A DNA stretch of 64,000 nucleotides from Pseudomonadota bacterium (GCA_005776585.1 SXOX01000044.1:22418-86417), one strand, 5' to 3'. Shown: positions 38,091 through 48,463, numbered from the stretch's first letter. A program made the numbers and translations. Notes: a model not told the origin generated them from the letters alone.

Positions 38091-38330
38091 GGCGTGAATC
38101 TGAGTCGCGGGGTCGCTCACGTCAACTTCCGGCCGGACTGGTTCGATCCGAACGAGGAGACGAGCCGTACGAGGACATCGCGCCGCGCTGGGAACGTTTG
38201 CCCTCGAGCGCGGGGCGACTTGACCCGTCCTGGCGAACGCGCTATTGGCGGGAAAACACGATGGGTCCGGCAGGATGCGCGCGCAAGGCGCCTGCGTCAC
38301 GATGGGCCACGCGGTGGGAGGCACGACGCG

Positions 38331-39527
38331 ATGAGGATTCGAGTTGGACGGCGATGGGGCGCGACGCTCGCAGCGGCGCTCATGCTCCCTGTGGCGACGT
38401 TGAGCGGTGCGGCCTGTAAGGGCAGCGACGACGCGGTCGGCGGTGGTACGACGGGGACCACCGACGCGGCGGCGACGACCGCGGGCGACGGAGGCACGAC
38501 CGGCGTCGATGCAGGCACCACCGGTCCGGCCGATCTCGGGACCACCGGGACGGATCCGGGCAGCACGGGAACCGATCCGGGCGGCACTGGCGCGGATCCC
38601 GGCGGAACGACCGGCGTCGACGTGGCTGACACGTCTGACACCCCCGAGGTCACGGCGCCGCCCAAAGGCAGCGGCAAGGTGACGACGGCGACGGCGACCG
38701 GGAAGAACTTCTCTGCGCTCGACGCCGCGCTCTCGCCGGACGGCAAGTCGCTGTACTTCACGGCGACCATGGCCGATGGGCTCGGGACCGCGCTGTACCT
38801 GGTGGACATGGCCGAACCCAACGTCACGGTCCCACTCGCCAAGGGCTTCGTGCACGCCACGGGGATCGCCGTCTCGGCCAACGGCAAGTCGGTCTATGTG
38901 GCGGACCTCGGTGCCGAGGAAGTCACGACGGGCAAGCTCGGCGTCATCTATGACGTCACCGCCATCGGCGGCGCGTCCAAGGCCATCGACGCGACGTGGG
39001 GCTATCAGCCGCGAGCGCTCGACATTGGCAAGACGATCATGTTTGCCGGGACCGACCCGGCGGACGGCAAGGCTGGCATCTTCGAGATCGATGGACCCAC
39101 CGTGAGCCTCACGGTCAAAGACGACCTGCTGCGTGAACCCAGTGGCCTTGCCGCTGCAGCAAACAACACGCTGTACGTCGCCGACTCGGTCGGAGGGCCG
39201 GGCCGCCGCGGAGCGCTCTACGTCCTCGAGAAGGGCAAGGCCGCCACTTCGCTGAAGACGACGGGGGCTGCCTTCTGGCTCGGCCATCCGGCGGGCGTGG
39301 CGCTCAGCCAGGACGAGGCGTTTCTGTTGGTCTCCGGACGGGATCCGGCGAGCGGCGCGCTCGGCATCTATCGGATCGCGCTGGCGTCTGGGACGACCGA
39401 GGTCTTCAAGGACGGGCTTGGGACCGGCACGGAGCCCGGTGGCCTGCATCGCGCGCTCGACGGTGACATGTACGCCTTCGTGAGCGCGGGAGACGCCGCC
39501 ACAGGAAGCGTGTTCCTTGTAAAATAG
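38331..39527 (+). CDS. Lipoprotein with Thr/Gly-rich linker and beta-propeller (SMP-30/NHL-like) domain
   Basis: Lipobox GAAC; TG.DPG repeats; blades ALSPDGKSLYF, GIAVS..GKSVYVAD and PSGLA...TLYVAD. Confidence 0.75.
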   Translation: MRIRVGRRWGATLAAALMLPVATLSGAACKGSDDAVGGGTTGTTDAAATTAGDGGTTGVDAGTTGPADLGTTGTDPGSTGTDPGGTGADPGGTTGVDVADTSDTPEVTAPPKGSGKVTTATATGKNFSALDAALSPDGKSLYFTATMADGLGTALYLVDMAEPNVTVPLAKGFVHATGIAVSANGKSVYVADLGAEEVTTGKLGVIYDVTAIGGASKAIDATWGYQPRALDIGKTIMFAGTDPADGKAGIFEIDGPTVSLTVKDDLLREPSGLAAAANNTLYVADSVGGPGRRGALYVLEKGKAATSLKTTGAAFWLGHPAGVALSQDEAFLLVSGRDPASGALGIYRIALASGTTEVFKDGLGTGTEPGGLHRALDGDMYAFVSAGDAATGSVFLVK

Positions 39528-39602
39528 TCGCTGAAATAGCGGCTTGAACCACCAATCACGAATCAAGACACGATGCACTCAGTCGAACCAGGAGCAGCAA
39601 CC

Positions 39603-41021
39603 ATGAAGCAACACTCACTCATCGCCGGGCTGGCCCTCGCAGGGCTCTCGCTCACGTTCGCTCCCGTCGCGCTGGCCTCGAGCCACCGGGAGGCGCCAGC
39701 CATCTCCAACGATCCCGCGGCCGACAACACGGACCTGTACGCATGGGTCAAGTCCGGCACGCACGACAAGCTCTACATCATCGCGAACTACATCCCAATG
39801 GAGGAGCCGGCCGGCGGGCCCAACTTCCACTACTTCTCCGATGAGGTCCTCTACGAAATCCACATCGCGCGCGGCGCGGACAGCCTGGCGGACGTGGTGA
39901 CCTACCAGATCCGGTTCAAGCGCGGGGACGTGAAGACGGTCCCCGTCGGCGGCTCCAAGGCCACTCCGGAAGAGAACGCCATCGGCAGCGGCAAGGAGTT
40001 CTTCGTCCAGCTCGCGGGCTCCATGAGCCAGACCTACTCCATCCGCAAGATTACGGCCACGGGCTCCGAAGACATCGTCAAGGACGCCAAGGTCGTGCCC
40101 CCGCGCATTGGCCCAACGACGCAGGCGATCCTGTACGACAAGAAGCCCTACGACGACGCGTTCGCCGCGACCTTCATCACGGACATGAAGGGCGGAGCCG
40201 AGGGTCGCGTCTTCTGCGGTCCACGCGATGACGGCTTCTACGTGGATCTCGGCGGCGCCTTCGACCTCGCCAACCTGCGACCGAAGGGCAAGGCCCAGGA
40301 CGGCGTCGCGGGCTACAACACACACAGCATCGCGCTCGAGATTCCGACCACGCTGCTCACGGTCGACGGCAAGTCGCCCGGCGAGGTCCCCGGCAACGCC
40401 ACCACGCTCGGCATCTGGGCCTCCGCCAGCCGCCAGAAGGTCACGATTCGCCGCTTCAACGGCAAGACGACCAACTACGGCCCGTGGGTCCAGGTGTCCC
40501 GCCTGGGTCTGCCGCTGGTCAACGAGGCGCTCATCGGCCTCCAGGACAAGGACAAGTGGAACGCAACCACGCCGGCGACGGACGTGGCCTACTTTGGCGC
40601 GTACTTCCTCAACCCGGTCATCGTGCGCGACGCCGAGGCCGTCGGCATCTACAAGGCGCTCGGAGTCGACCCGACGGAGTTCAAGTTCGACCGCCTCGAC
40701 ATCGTGGACATCATCAACCTCACCAATATCCCCGCGGCTGGTGCGCACAGCATCCCGCTGACCGCGACGGGCGACGTGCTGCGCGTGGACATGGCGGCGG
40801 ACTCGGGCTTCCCGAACGGTCGCGCGATTCCGGGTGGCGCCAAGGCCAACCAGGAGCAGGCCGACGTGACGAACGTCATCCTGTCGCTCGTGCTGGCCAA
40901 GCTGAAGCTCGAGGTCTCGGATGGCGTCGACTACAACGACAAGGACTTCCTCGCCCAGTTCCCGTTCCTCGCGCTGCCCTGGGAGGGCTACGGCGAGGGA
41001 CACGGCAAGCCCACGCCATAA
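39603..41021 (+). CDS. DUF4331 family secreted protein
   Basis: Signal peptide followed by SSHREAP.I..DP.ADNTDLYA; GPRDD.F.VDLG..FD; QVSRLG.PLVNE; GFPNGR. Confidence 0.9.
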   Translation: MKQHSLIAGLALAGLSLTFAPVALASSHREAPAISNDPAADNTDLYAWVKSGTHDKLYIIANYIPMEEPAGGPNFHYFSDEVLYEIHIARGADSLADVVTYQIRFKRGDVKTVPVGGSKATPEENAIGSGKEFFVQLAGSMSQTYSIRKITATGSEDIVKDAKVVPPRIGPTTQAILYDKKPYDDAFAATFITDMKGGAEGRVFCGPRDDGFYVDLGGAFDLANLRPKGKAQDGVAGYNTHSIALEIPTTLLTVDGKSPGEVPGNATTLGIWASASRQKVTIRRFNGKTTNYGPWVQVSRLGLPLVNEALIGLQDKDKWNATTPATDVAYFGAYFLNPVIVRDAEAVGIYKALGVDPTEFKFDRLDIVDIINLTNIPAAGAHSIPLTATGDVLRVDMAADSGFPNGRAIPGGAKANQEQADVTNVILSLVLAKLKLEVSDGVDYNDKDFLAQFPFLALPWEGYGEGHGKPTP

Positions 41022-41025
41022 CGAC

Positions 41026-42360
41026 GTGCGCGGCTTGAGCGGGTGCAGCGCGGTCCTCCTTCTGGTGGGCTGCGCTCAGCCCGAGCCCGTGGCGCGCCCT
41101 GCCCCGCCGAGCGAGGCCGCCGTGGCGCCGGAACCGGTGGCCGCGCTCAGCCCGTCTCGACCCACCGAACACCGCGCGTTGGCGCTGCAAGAGCCTGAAG
41201 GCAATACCGCGGTCGACCGCACCATCGCTGAGCTTCAGCGTGCGGCAACGGCCAATCCGACCAAGCACGACACCTGGGTCCTCTTGGGCCGCGCGTGGGT
41301 CGAGAAGGCGCGCCTGTCTGGCGACCCGGGGCACTACCACAGCGCCAACGCCGCGGCGGAGCTCGCGCTCGCGCTGGAACCTCAGAGTGCCTTGGCGCTG
41401 GGCCTGCGGGGACTCGTGCTTCTGAACGACCATCGCTTTCGGGATGCGCTCGCGCTCGCCGAGGGCATTCTGGCGCGCGCTCCTGGCGACCTCGTCGCGC
41501 TGGGCGTGCGGTCGGACGCGGCGCTGGAGCTCGGGCGCATGGACGAGGCGCTCACAGCAGCGCAGCGCATGCTGGACGAGAAGCCGAGCTTGCCGTCGTA
41601 CGCACGCGCGGCGCACCTCCGATGGCTGCTCGGAGATCCCGTGGCCGCCAAGTCGTTGTACCGATTGGCCTTCGACGCGGGACGCGGCCAGAAGGACCCG
41701 GAGCCGACGGCGTGGGTCCTCGTCCAAGCCGCGGATCTCTTCTGGAACCTCGGGGATGTCGAGGGCGCCGTCGCCGGCTACGAGCTGGCGCTGAAGCAGC
41801 TCCCTGAGTACGCGCCAGCCTTGGTGGGCCATGGGCGCGCGACCTTGGCGACCGCGCCGCATTCGGCCGCACGCGCGCTCGCGACCGCGATGGAGAAGAG
41901 CCCGTCCGTAGAGACGGCCTGGCTGCTGAGCGATGCACGTGAAGCCGCCGGGGACCTCACCGGCGCGCAAGCGGCCGCTGTAGAGTGCGTCCGGCTGGGT
42001 CGCCGCCTCGATGGCCGCACGTTGGCGCGGTTCTTCGCGGCCAAGAAGCGGGACCTTGGCGAGGCCGTGCAGCTCGTCGATCGAGAGCTGGCCGACCGAC
42101 CTGGGGGGCAGACGCTCGCCGTGGCGGCCGCCGTCTATTGGCGCGTGGGGCGTGTGGCCGAGGCGCTCGGCTTCAGCGAACAGGCTCGACGCACCGGCGT
42201 GCGGGAGGCCAGCCTGTTATTTCACGCGGGAATGATCCGGCTGGCGCTGGGGGACGCCGTTTCAGGCCGTGCGCTCGTGGCCGAGGCGCTGGCGCTCAAT
42301 CCGCAGTTCGACCGAAGCGAGTCCGCGGAGGCGCGAGCGCTTCTCGGCGCGACGCCGTAG
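41026..42360 (+). CDS. Tetratricopeptide-repeat lipoprotein (DUF4331-associated)
   Basis: Probable GTG start 4 nt after the DUF4331 stop; lipobox LVGC; helical TPR pattern; ALALNPQF C-terminus. Confidence 0.8.
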   Translation: MRGLSGCSAVLLLVGCAQPEPVARPAPPSEAAVAPEPVAALSPSRPTEHRALALQEPEGNTAVDRTIAELQRAATANPTKHDTWVLLGRAWVEKARLSGDPGHYHSANAAAELALALEPQSALALGLRGLVLLNDHRFRDALALAEGILARAPGDLVALGVRSDAALELGRMDEALTAAQRMLDEKPSLPSYARAAHLRWLLGDPVAAKSLYRLAFDAGRGQKDPEPTAWVLVQAADLFWNLGDVEGAVAGYELALKQLPEYAPALVGHGRATLATAPHSAARALATAMEKSPSVETAWLLSDAREAAGDLTGAQAAAVECVRLGRRLDGRTLARFFAAKKRDLGEAVQLVDRELADRPGGQTLAVAAAVYWRVGRVAEALGFSEQARRTGVREASLLFHAGMIRLALGDAVSGRALVAEALALNPQFDRSESAEARALLGATP

Positions 42361-42364
42361 CAGA

Positions 42365-43411
42365 TCACTGCGGCGAAACGAGCTTCCGCGGCGCACTACG
42401 AAGCTCAACGGTGCCGGCACCACAGCTGACGACGCAGCTTCCCCGCGCGGCGTCACAGCGACCGAGACACTCGACATCGCTCGTGCACGCCTCACCGGCA
42501 CGGCGAGGCACGATGCAGCGATGACCAATGCAGAGCTGGCCTGCGATGCAGCCGCCGTCCGCACACGGCCCGTCCAACGCCGCGTTGGCTCCCGCCACGC
42601 AGCGAACGCCGTCGCAGTGGCTGTCGGGCGCGCACGCGACATTCGACACGCAGGGCTGGCCCAGGGTCGAGGCCGAACGACAGCGATGCTGAAGGCAGAA
42701 GCCCGCGCACTCGGGGTGCCGCCGATCGACCGAGCGTTGGCGCAGGAACACGGCGAGGGTGTCGACGGCGGCGCCGCAGATGAGGCCGTCCGCGAGCGGC
42801 GTGCCGCAGGTGCCGGGCTCGGTCGGACCGACGCCATGGCAACGCAGACCGGTCGCACATTCGAGGGACGACCGGCACAGGGCACCCACCGCGCGCTGGC
42901 CACGCGTGACCTCGCCGCACTCGACTGGCGGCGGCGGCGGGGTCGTCCCCACCCAATCGCAGCCGTCGTGTTGTCGCTCGATGGCGGACGTGCAGCGCCG
43001 CGCGGCGTCCGCGTCGATGGCCAGCGCACCGCTGACCAATGCCGCCGTGAGCTGGCGTGTGCACTCACCCGCGAGGCTCGAGGCGGAACGCGGCTGCTTG
43101 CAGCACGCGGCGCGGCGGGTGTCGGGCACGTCATGGAGCGCGTGGCAGAGGGCCGCAGCGCCGGGATCCGCCGTCTGACCCGTCTCCGGGTAGACTGCGG
43201 CAACCTCCGCTTCGGGAGCCGAGGCTCCGGAAGCAACGGGGGCGAGCGCAGCCGAGGGCGGAGGGGACGGAGAGAGCGGAGGGGCAGATGGCGAGGGCGG
43301 TGGAGCGGGAGCGGCGGGTTCCGGGGCGGGCCGTGCCTCTTTGCGACAGCCGACCATGGCCCCGCAGGCGGTGAGGGCAACGAGCGTGAGGCGAGACGGA
43401 GGCGATTTCAT
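42365..43411 (-). CDS. Cys-rich lipoprotein (myxobacterial type)
   Basis: MKSPP...AMVGC lipobox, Pro-rich linker, G..C....C...L.C repeats. Confidence 0.75.
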   Translation of the reverse strand: MKSPPSRLTLVALTACGAMVGCRKEARPAPEPAAPAPPPSPSAPPLSPSPPPSAALAPVASGASAPEAEVAAVYPETGQTADPGAAALCHALHDVPDTRRAACCKQPRSASSLAGECTRQLTAALVSGALAIDADAARRCTSAIERQHDGCDWVGTTPPPPPVECGEVTRGQRAVGALCRSSLECATGLRCHGVGPTEPGTCGTPLADGLICGAAVDTLAVFLRQRSVDRRHPECAGFCLQHRCRSASTLGQPCVSNVACAPDSHCDGVRCVAGANAALDGPCADGGCIAGQLCIGHRCIVPRRAGEACTSDVECLGRCDAARGSCVVSCGAGTVELRSAPRKLVSPQ

Positions 43412-43462
43412 TGCGACAACCTTGGACTGGAACCCCGTGCGCCGCAAGACGCGCACGGGCCG
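43396..43462. repeat. Copy A of a 67-bp imperfect direct repeat flanking the GGDEF gene
   Basis: Ungapped match to 44859-44925 with 12 mismatches by manual count; includes the lipoprotein start codon and a CCCGTGC/GCACGGG hairpin. Confidence 0.85.
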
Positions 43463-43550
43463 GCACGTCTGCGATCGGGAGCCGACGGTCACGACCCTTC
43501 GACACAGCGTCTTCCCGGTCGAGAAGCTGAAGGAGCCGTCCGCCTGATCG

Positions 43551-44585
43551 TCACCCGACTGGGTTCGCGAACGCAATCCTGCCTCGGCCGGCGCGCTTGG
43601 CGGCGTACAAGGCAGCGTCGGCGGCTTTGAGGAGGGTCTCGCGGGTCTTTCCGTCCTTGGGGTAGGTCGCGACGCCGAACGACACCCCGAGGCCATCGCA
43701 CCTCGGTCGGACGGCCTCGAGCATGACCTTCGCGGCCTCGAAGATACCGGCGGCGCGATTCCCGATGGCCTGGCCGGCGTCGAGGAGGACCAACGTGAAC
43801 TCATCGCCCCCGTAACGGCACGCGACGTCGCTGAGCCGCACGTGCTCCCGCAGCAGAGCCCCCACGTCTCGCAGCAGCGAGTCCCCTGCGAGGTGACCGC
43901 GGCTGTCGTTGAATGACTTGAAACCATCGAGATCGAGCATGATCACCCCGATTGTTGACCCGTGGCGCTCGGCGCGCGCGAGCTCGCGTTCGAGCGTCTC
44001 TTCGAGGTACCTACGGTTGAACAGCCCCGTGAGCCCATCGCGTACGGTCTGCTCGCGCAGCGTCGCCGCGTAGTCCTCGAGCCGCAGCGTCTGCAGACGG
44101 ATCTGCTCCCGGTCGGCGAGCGTCAGCTGGTTGACGGCGACACACAGCATGGACACGAACACCACGAGCGAGAGCAGGCTCGCCCAGTTCTCGGAGTTCG
44201 ACTCCGGACGCGTGCCGAACGCCACGAGCAGCGCCACGAACTGCGTCGTTCCGACGAACGCCGTGCCCGCCGTCGACAACAGGATGCTGCTGAGCATGAT
44301 CGGCATGACCACGAAGCACAGCGGGAGCAGGTCGCCGCTGAGGATGGTCGAATCGATGAGCGCGGAACCCCAAGGCCCTGCGTACGCGACCGCGACTGTC
44401 AACCACCCCGCAGCCTGGTACCGCCCGGCCCGATTGATCAGGAACGCGACCACCAGAACGGCCAGCAGGCCGGTCACCATGGCCGCGTAGCTCCAACGCC
44501 GGTCGAACGTCAGCGAGTCGACCACGAGTGCGACGGAGGTGGCTCCGACCAGTACACAGAGCACCCCGAGGACGCGAGACAGCAT
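43551..44585 (-). CDS. Membrane-bound diguanylate cyclase (GGDEF)
   Basis: About six TM helices, DGLTGLFNRR, NDSRGHLAGD, RLSD (I-site) and RYGGDEF; exact start uncertain (44585-44640). Confidence 0.9.
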   Translation of the reverse strand: MLSRVLGVLCVLVGATSVALVVDSLTFDRRWSYAAMVTGLLAVLVVAFLINRAGRYQAAGWLTVAVAYAGPWGSALIDSTILSGDLLPLCFVVMPIMLSSILLSTAGTAFVGTTQFVALLVAFGTRPESNSENWASLLSLVVFVSMLCVAVNQLTLADREQIRLQTLRLEDYAATLREQTVRDGLTGLFNRRYLEETLERELARAERHGSTIGVIMLDLDGFKSFNDSRGHLAGDSLLRDVGALLREHVRLSDVACRYGGDEFTLVLLDAGQAIGNRAAGIFEAAKVMLEAVRPRCDGLGVSFGVATYPKDGKTRETLLKAADAALYAAKRAGRGRIAFANPVG

Positions 44586-44858
44586 GGCAAAGCGCCGACT
44601 TTCGGGGCCGATGTTCACCGGGCGGCTCGGTAGCATGACGATGGCGCCGGGCGCGACCCCTCCACGAAAGCGAGCGCATGGGTCGTTGCTCGGAGCCGCC
44701 AATCGGCAATTGAACGACCAGTCGGTAGTGTATCTCATTCTACGAACCTGCGCTTGATGGGGCGCGACGCGCGGTCGTCGAGCACAGAGACGGCACGAGC
44801 ACGCAGACGGCATCGGAGGCGTGCTATATCTGAGTCCGCAATGCTTGGCGCCCTGCGA

Positions 44859-44925
44859 ACGGGGGCGAGTTCATTGCGACGCCCCCGGGCCGAAACCCCG
44901 TGCACGGCAAGATGCGCACGGGCCG
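44859..44925. repeat. Copy B of the 67-bp imperfect direct repeat
   Basis: Matches copy A; the minus strand encodes MNSPP versus MKSPP, then soon stops. Confidence 0.85.
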
Positions 44926-44947
44926 ACTGCATGCTATAGCCGCGCTC

Positions 44948-45997
44948 ATGCGAAGCGCGACCCTACTCACCGCAGTCACGCTCACCGCGACCGGATGCAG
45001 TCCGGGCGCCAACGAGCTGTTTCGCTCTGGCGTCGAGGCCCAGCTGGCAGGCAAGGACGGCGTCGCCCGAGCCGCCTACAAGCGCGCGCTGCGGCGCACG
45101 ACCCGGATCCCAGGCATCGAGAACAACCTGGCGCTCTTGGACATGAAGCGGGCCGCGTGGGCCGAAGCCGACGCGCTGCTCCTGCGCGAGCTGGACCGGA
45201 ACCCCGACCTCGCGGACGCTGCCGCCAATCGGGTGCTGCTCCAGCTGTTGGAGGGCGATCCCAACGACGCTCGTGCGTTGGCCGCCAAGGCCACCGCGGC
45301 GTTTCCGAAGCGCGCGCTCGTGCACTTCGCTGCCGGTCTGGCGTGGCGCGGGGGCGACGACACGAAGGCGGCGGCGTCGTTCGCGGAGGCCATCGCGCAC
45401 GGCAAGCGGACCATGAAGGCGCGCGCCGCGTTTCAGCTCGGGCTCCTCGAAGCCGGCCGTGGCAAGCACGACGCCGCAGCGCAGGCCTTCACCACGGTGA
45501 CGAAGCATCGCCGCGACGCCATCGCGTTCTACAACCTCGCCCTGGTCCAGACCCGCGCTGGAAAGCTCGACGACGCGCTCGCGGCGCTCAAGTCGGGCAG
45601 CGCGCTGGACCCGGAGGCCGCGCTCATCCCAGCGCTCGAGGCGCACGTCCAGGCTCGCTCGGGTCAGGTCGACGCCGCGTTCGACGCCATCAAGCGCGCC
45701 AAGAAGCTCGACCCGACCCTCCTCGGTCTCGACGCCCTGCGTGGCGAGCTGCTCGTGCAGCGACGCGCACCTCGGGAGGCCGTGGACGCGTTTCGCGCCG
45801 AGGCCACGCACACCATCGAGGGCAAGAACCCGTTCGCCAAGGACTCCTGGTTTGCGCTGGGGCTCCTGGCCGTCGAGCTGTCGGACTACGCCGAGGCCCG
45901 CAAGGCCTTCACTGCCGCTGCCGAGCTCGATCCCAAGGACACCGAGGCCGTGCGCAATCGGGACGTGCTCGCCAAGATGACCGAGGGCGCGCTGTGA
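44948..45997 (+). CDS. Tetratricopeptide-repeat lipoprotein
   Basis: Lipobox-like ATGC; TPR motifs (NNLALL, FYNLAL, WFALGLL...ELDP). Confidence 0.85.
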   Translation: MRSATLLTAVTLTATGCSPGANELFRSGVEAQLAGKDGVARAAYKRALRRTTRIPGIENNLALLDMKRAAWAEADALLLRELDRNPDLADAAANRVLLQLLEGDPNDARALAAKATAAFPKRALVHFAAGLAWRGGDDTKAAASFAEAIAHGKRTMKARAAFQLGLLEAGRGKHDAAAQAFTTVTKHRRDAIAFYNLALVQTRAGKLDDALAALKSGSALDPEAALIPALEAHVQARSGQVDAAFDAIKRAKKLDPTLLGLDALRGELLVQRRAPREAVDAFRAEATHTIEGKNPFAKDSWFALGLLAVELSDYAEARKAFTAAAELDPKDTEAVRNRDVLAKMTEGAL

Positions 45998-47955
45998 GCG
46001 ACGCGGGCCGGGAGTCCGTGCCCGAGACCCGCCGCACGCTCTGCAACCGCGATTGCCCGGACGCGTGCGGCATCATCGCCACGGTGGAGGCGGGGCGGGT
46101 CACCGCGCTTCGCGGCGATCCGGCGCATCCCGTCACGCGCGGCTTCCTCTGCCATCGCACGAGCCACTTCCTCAACCTCCAGTACGGACCGACCCGGCTC
46201 ACCACGCCGCTCTGGCGCCGCACGCTCGATGCGCCCTTCTCCCCCATCGGCTGGGACGCGGCCCTGGCTCTGGCGGCCGAGCAGCTGCTCCGCATTCGCG
46301 CCGAGTCGGGCCCCGCGGCCATCTTCCACTACCGTTCGGGCGGCTCGCTCGGGATGATGGCCAATGCGGTCGACCTGCTCTTCGAGCGCTTTGGTCCGGT
46401 GACGGTCAAGCGCGGGGACATCTGCTCTGGTGCCGGCGAGGCGGCGCAGGAGGCCGACTTCGGCGTGTCGGAGTCGAGCGACCTGTTCGCGCTGCGCCAC
46501 GCCAGGCACGTGCTGCTCTGGGGCAAGAACGTCGTGGTCTCGAGCCCGCACACGCTCCCCGTGCTGCGCGAGGCGATGGCGGGGGGCGCGCGCTGTGTGC
46601 TCATCGACCCCGTGTTTCACAAGACGGCGAGCTACTGCGAGCGCTTCGTGCAGGTGCGTCCGGGCGGCGACGTCGCCCTGGCGATGGCCGTGGCCGGGCT
46701 GCTCCTCGAAGCCGGCCTCAGCGACGCCGTCGCCGCGCGCTGCGATCACCTCGAGGCCTACTGCGACCTCGTGCGCTCGAAGACCATCGCCGCGTGGTGC
46801 GCCGAGGCCGACGTGCCGCTCGACGCCGCGCGCGACCTGGCCCGCCGACTTCAGGACGGGCCAACCGCCATCCTCATCGGCTGGGGCATGGGCCGGCGCT
46901 CCAACGGCTCGGCCATCGTACGCGCGGTGGACGCGCTCTCGGCCATCTCGGGCAACCTGTGGCGCCAAGGTGGCGGCGCGAGCTTCTACTATCGTCGCCG
47001 GAGCGCCTTCGACACGTCCTTCCTCGCCGGCGCCGAAGCAGCGCCACGCACCGTCTGCGAGCCGCTCTTTGGGAGCGAGGTCCTGGCGCTCCGCGATCCG
47101 CCCATTCGCGCGGTCTGGGTGACGGCCGGCAACCCGGTGGTCATGCTCCCGGACTCCAAGCGCGTCGCCGAGGCGCTGCGGAGCCGCGACTTCGTCGTGG
47201 TCGTCGATCCGTTCGAGACCGACACGACTGCGTGCGCCCACCTCGTCTTGCCCACGACCACGCTGCTCGAGGCCGACGACCTCGTCGGCGCCTACGGCCA
47301 CCACCACCTGGGTGAGGCGCGCCCGGTCGTCGCTCCGCCCGAGGGCGTGCGCTCGGACCTCGCCATCGCGCAGGGCTTGGCGAATCGGCTGGGGCTCGGT
47401 TCGCTCTTGGACGGCACGGTCGACGCGTGGAAGCGACGGCTTCTCGAGCCCAAGCTCGCCCCCCACGGTGTCACGCTCGACACGGTGCGCGCCGCGCCGA
47501 GCGGGGTCGTCCGCAACCCCCTGGCGGAGTCGGTGCTGTTCTCCGACGGCCGCGTGCACACCGCGTCCGGGCGCGTCCAGCTCACGACCGACCCCGTGGC
47601 ACCCCGCGCGGGCGAGGACGCGACCTACCCGCTCACGCTGATGGCGCTCTCGACCGACCGGAGCCAGTCGTCGCAGTGGTCGAAGCCGCCGCCCGTGCCG
47701 GCCGAGGTCACCATCCATCCGGACGCCGCCCCGGACCTGCCCGACGGCTCCCTGGCCCGCCTCACCTCGCGCCTCGGCGAGCTCGTCGTGCGCGTCCGGC
47801 ACGACCCGCGGCAGCGGCGCGACGTCGCGCTCATGGCCAAGGGCGGCTCCTATCGCCGTGGTCTTGCGGCCAACGCGTTGACCGAGGCGCGCCTCACCGA
47901 TGAGGGCGAAGGCGGCGCGCTCTACGATCAGCGCGTGCGGCTCCTCCCGCGTTGA
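45994..47955 (+). CDS. Molybdopterin-dependent oxidoreductase (DMSO-reductase superfamily, YoaE-like), no Tat signal seen
   Basis: GTG start overlapping the TPR stop (GTGA); CNRDCPDAC...RGDP.HPVTRGFLC Fe-S motif; NP....PD; TDT...A..VLP; C-terminal molydop-binding domain. Confidence 0.9.
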   Translation: MSDAGRESVPETRRTLCNRDCPDACGIIATVEAGRVTALRGDPAHPVTRGFLCHRTSHFLNLQYGPTRLTTPLWRRTLDAPFSPIGWDAALALAAEQLLRIRAESGPAAIFHYRSGGSLGMMANAVDLLFERFGPVTVKRGDICSGAGEAAQEADFGVSESSDLFALRHARHVLLWGKNVVVSSPHTLPVLREAMAGGARCVLIDPVFHKTASYCERFVQVRPGGDVALAMAVAGLLLEAGLSDAVAARCDHLEAYCDLVRSKTIAAWCAEADVPLDAARDLARRLQDGPTAILIGWGMGRRSNGSAIVRAVDALSAISGNLWRQGGGASFYYRRRSAFDTSFLAGAEAAPRTVCEPLFGSEVLALRDPPIRAVWVTAGNPVVMLPDSKRVAEALRSRDFVVVVDPFETDTTACAHLVLPTTTLLEADDLVGAYGHHHLGEARPVVAPPEGVRSDLAIAQGLANRLGLGSLLDGTVDAWKRRLLEPKLAPHGVTLDTVRAAPSGVVRNPLAESVLFSDGRVHTASGRVQLTTDPVAPRAGEDATYPLTLMALSTDRSQSSQWSKPPPVPAEVTIHPDAAPDLPDGSLARLTSRLGELVVRVRHDPRQRRDVALMAKGGSYRRGLAANALTEARLTDEGEGGALYDQRVRLLPR

Positions 47956-47980
47956 CGACCCGCACGCCAAGGCCTACGGT
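47952..47980 (+). promoter_or_regulatory. Sigma70-type promoter, probably leaderless
   Basis: TTGACG-N17-TACGGT-N6-ATG (47987). Confidence 0.6.
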
Positions 47981-47986
47981 CGCTCC

Positions 47987-48463
47987 ATGAACCCACTCAC
48001 GCTCATCGGCGCGCTCCGCGTCCAGCGCATCATTCACGGCGCGCTCATGGCCTCGGTCGTCGTCTATGCCGTCATCGGCGCGGTGGTCTCGAAATCGACC
48101 GCGGAACCGACCCCGCCGGTCGCGCCCACGCTCGTCTACACTCTCGTCGGCGTCGCAGCCGCCATCCTGCTGGTGCTGCCGCTGCTGCGGCGCACGCTAC
48201 TACCGCCGATGCGCGAAGGGATGACCCTGCCGGACGACGCGCCGCTCGACCGCGCGCAGACCGCCATCGCGCGCTTGAACACGGCCAACATCCTCACCTG
48301 GGCGCTGACGGAGTCCGCGGCCATCTTCGGTCTGGTGCTCACGTTCCTGTCACACGAGCCAAAGTACATCTATGGTCTGGGCGCTGCCGCGGCCGTCGTG
48401 CTGGTGCAGTACGCACCCCGCCGCGCGTGGATCGAGCAGGCCGTCACGGCCGCCAAGGACTGA
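47987..48463 (+). CDS. Hypothetical integral membrane protein
   Basis: About four hydrophobic segments, WAL.E..AIFGLV motif. Confidence 0.75.
   Translation: MNPLTLIGALRVQRIIHGALMASVVVYAVIGAVVSKSTAEPTPPVAPTLVYTLVGVAAAILLVLPLLRRTLLPPMREGMTLPDDAPLDRAQTAIARLNTANILTWALTESAAIFGLVLTFLSHEPKYIYGLGAAAAVVLVQYAPRRAWIEQAVTAAKD

Noticed and set aside
36864..39578. 904-aa HutI fusion, and similar N-terminal extensions at 15900-17972, 44821-47955, 54725-56188 and 55115-56113
   Set aside because: The extensions overlap real genes on the opposite strand or in other frames; family-typical N-termini begin at internal starts.
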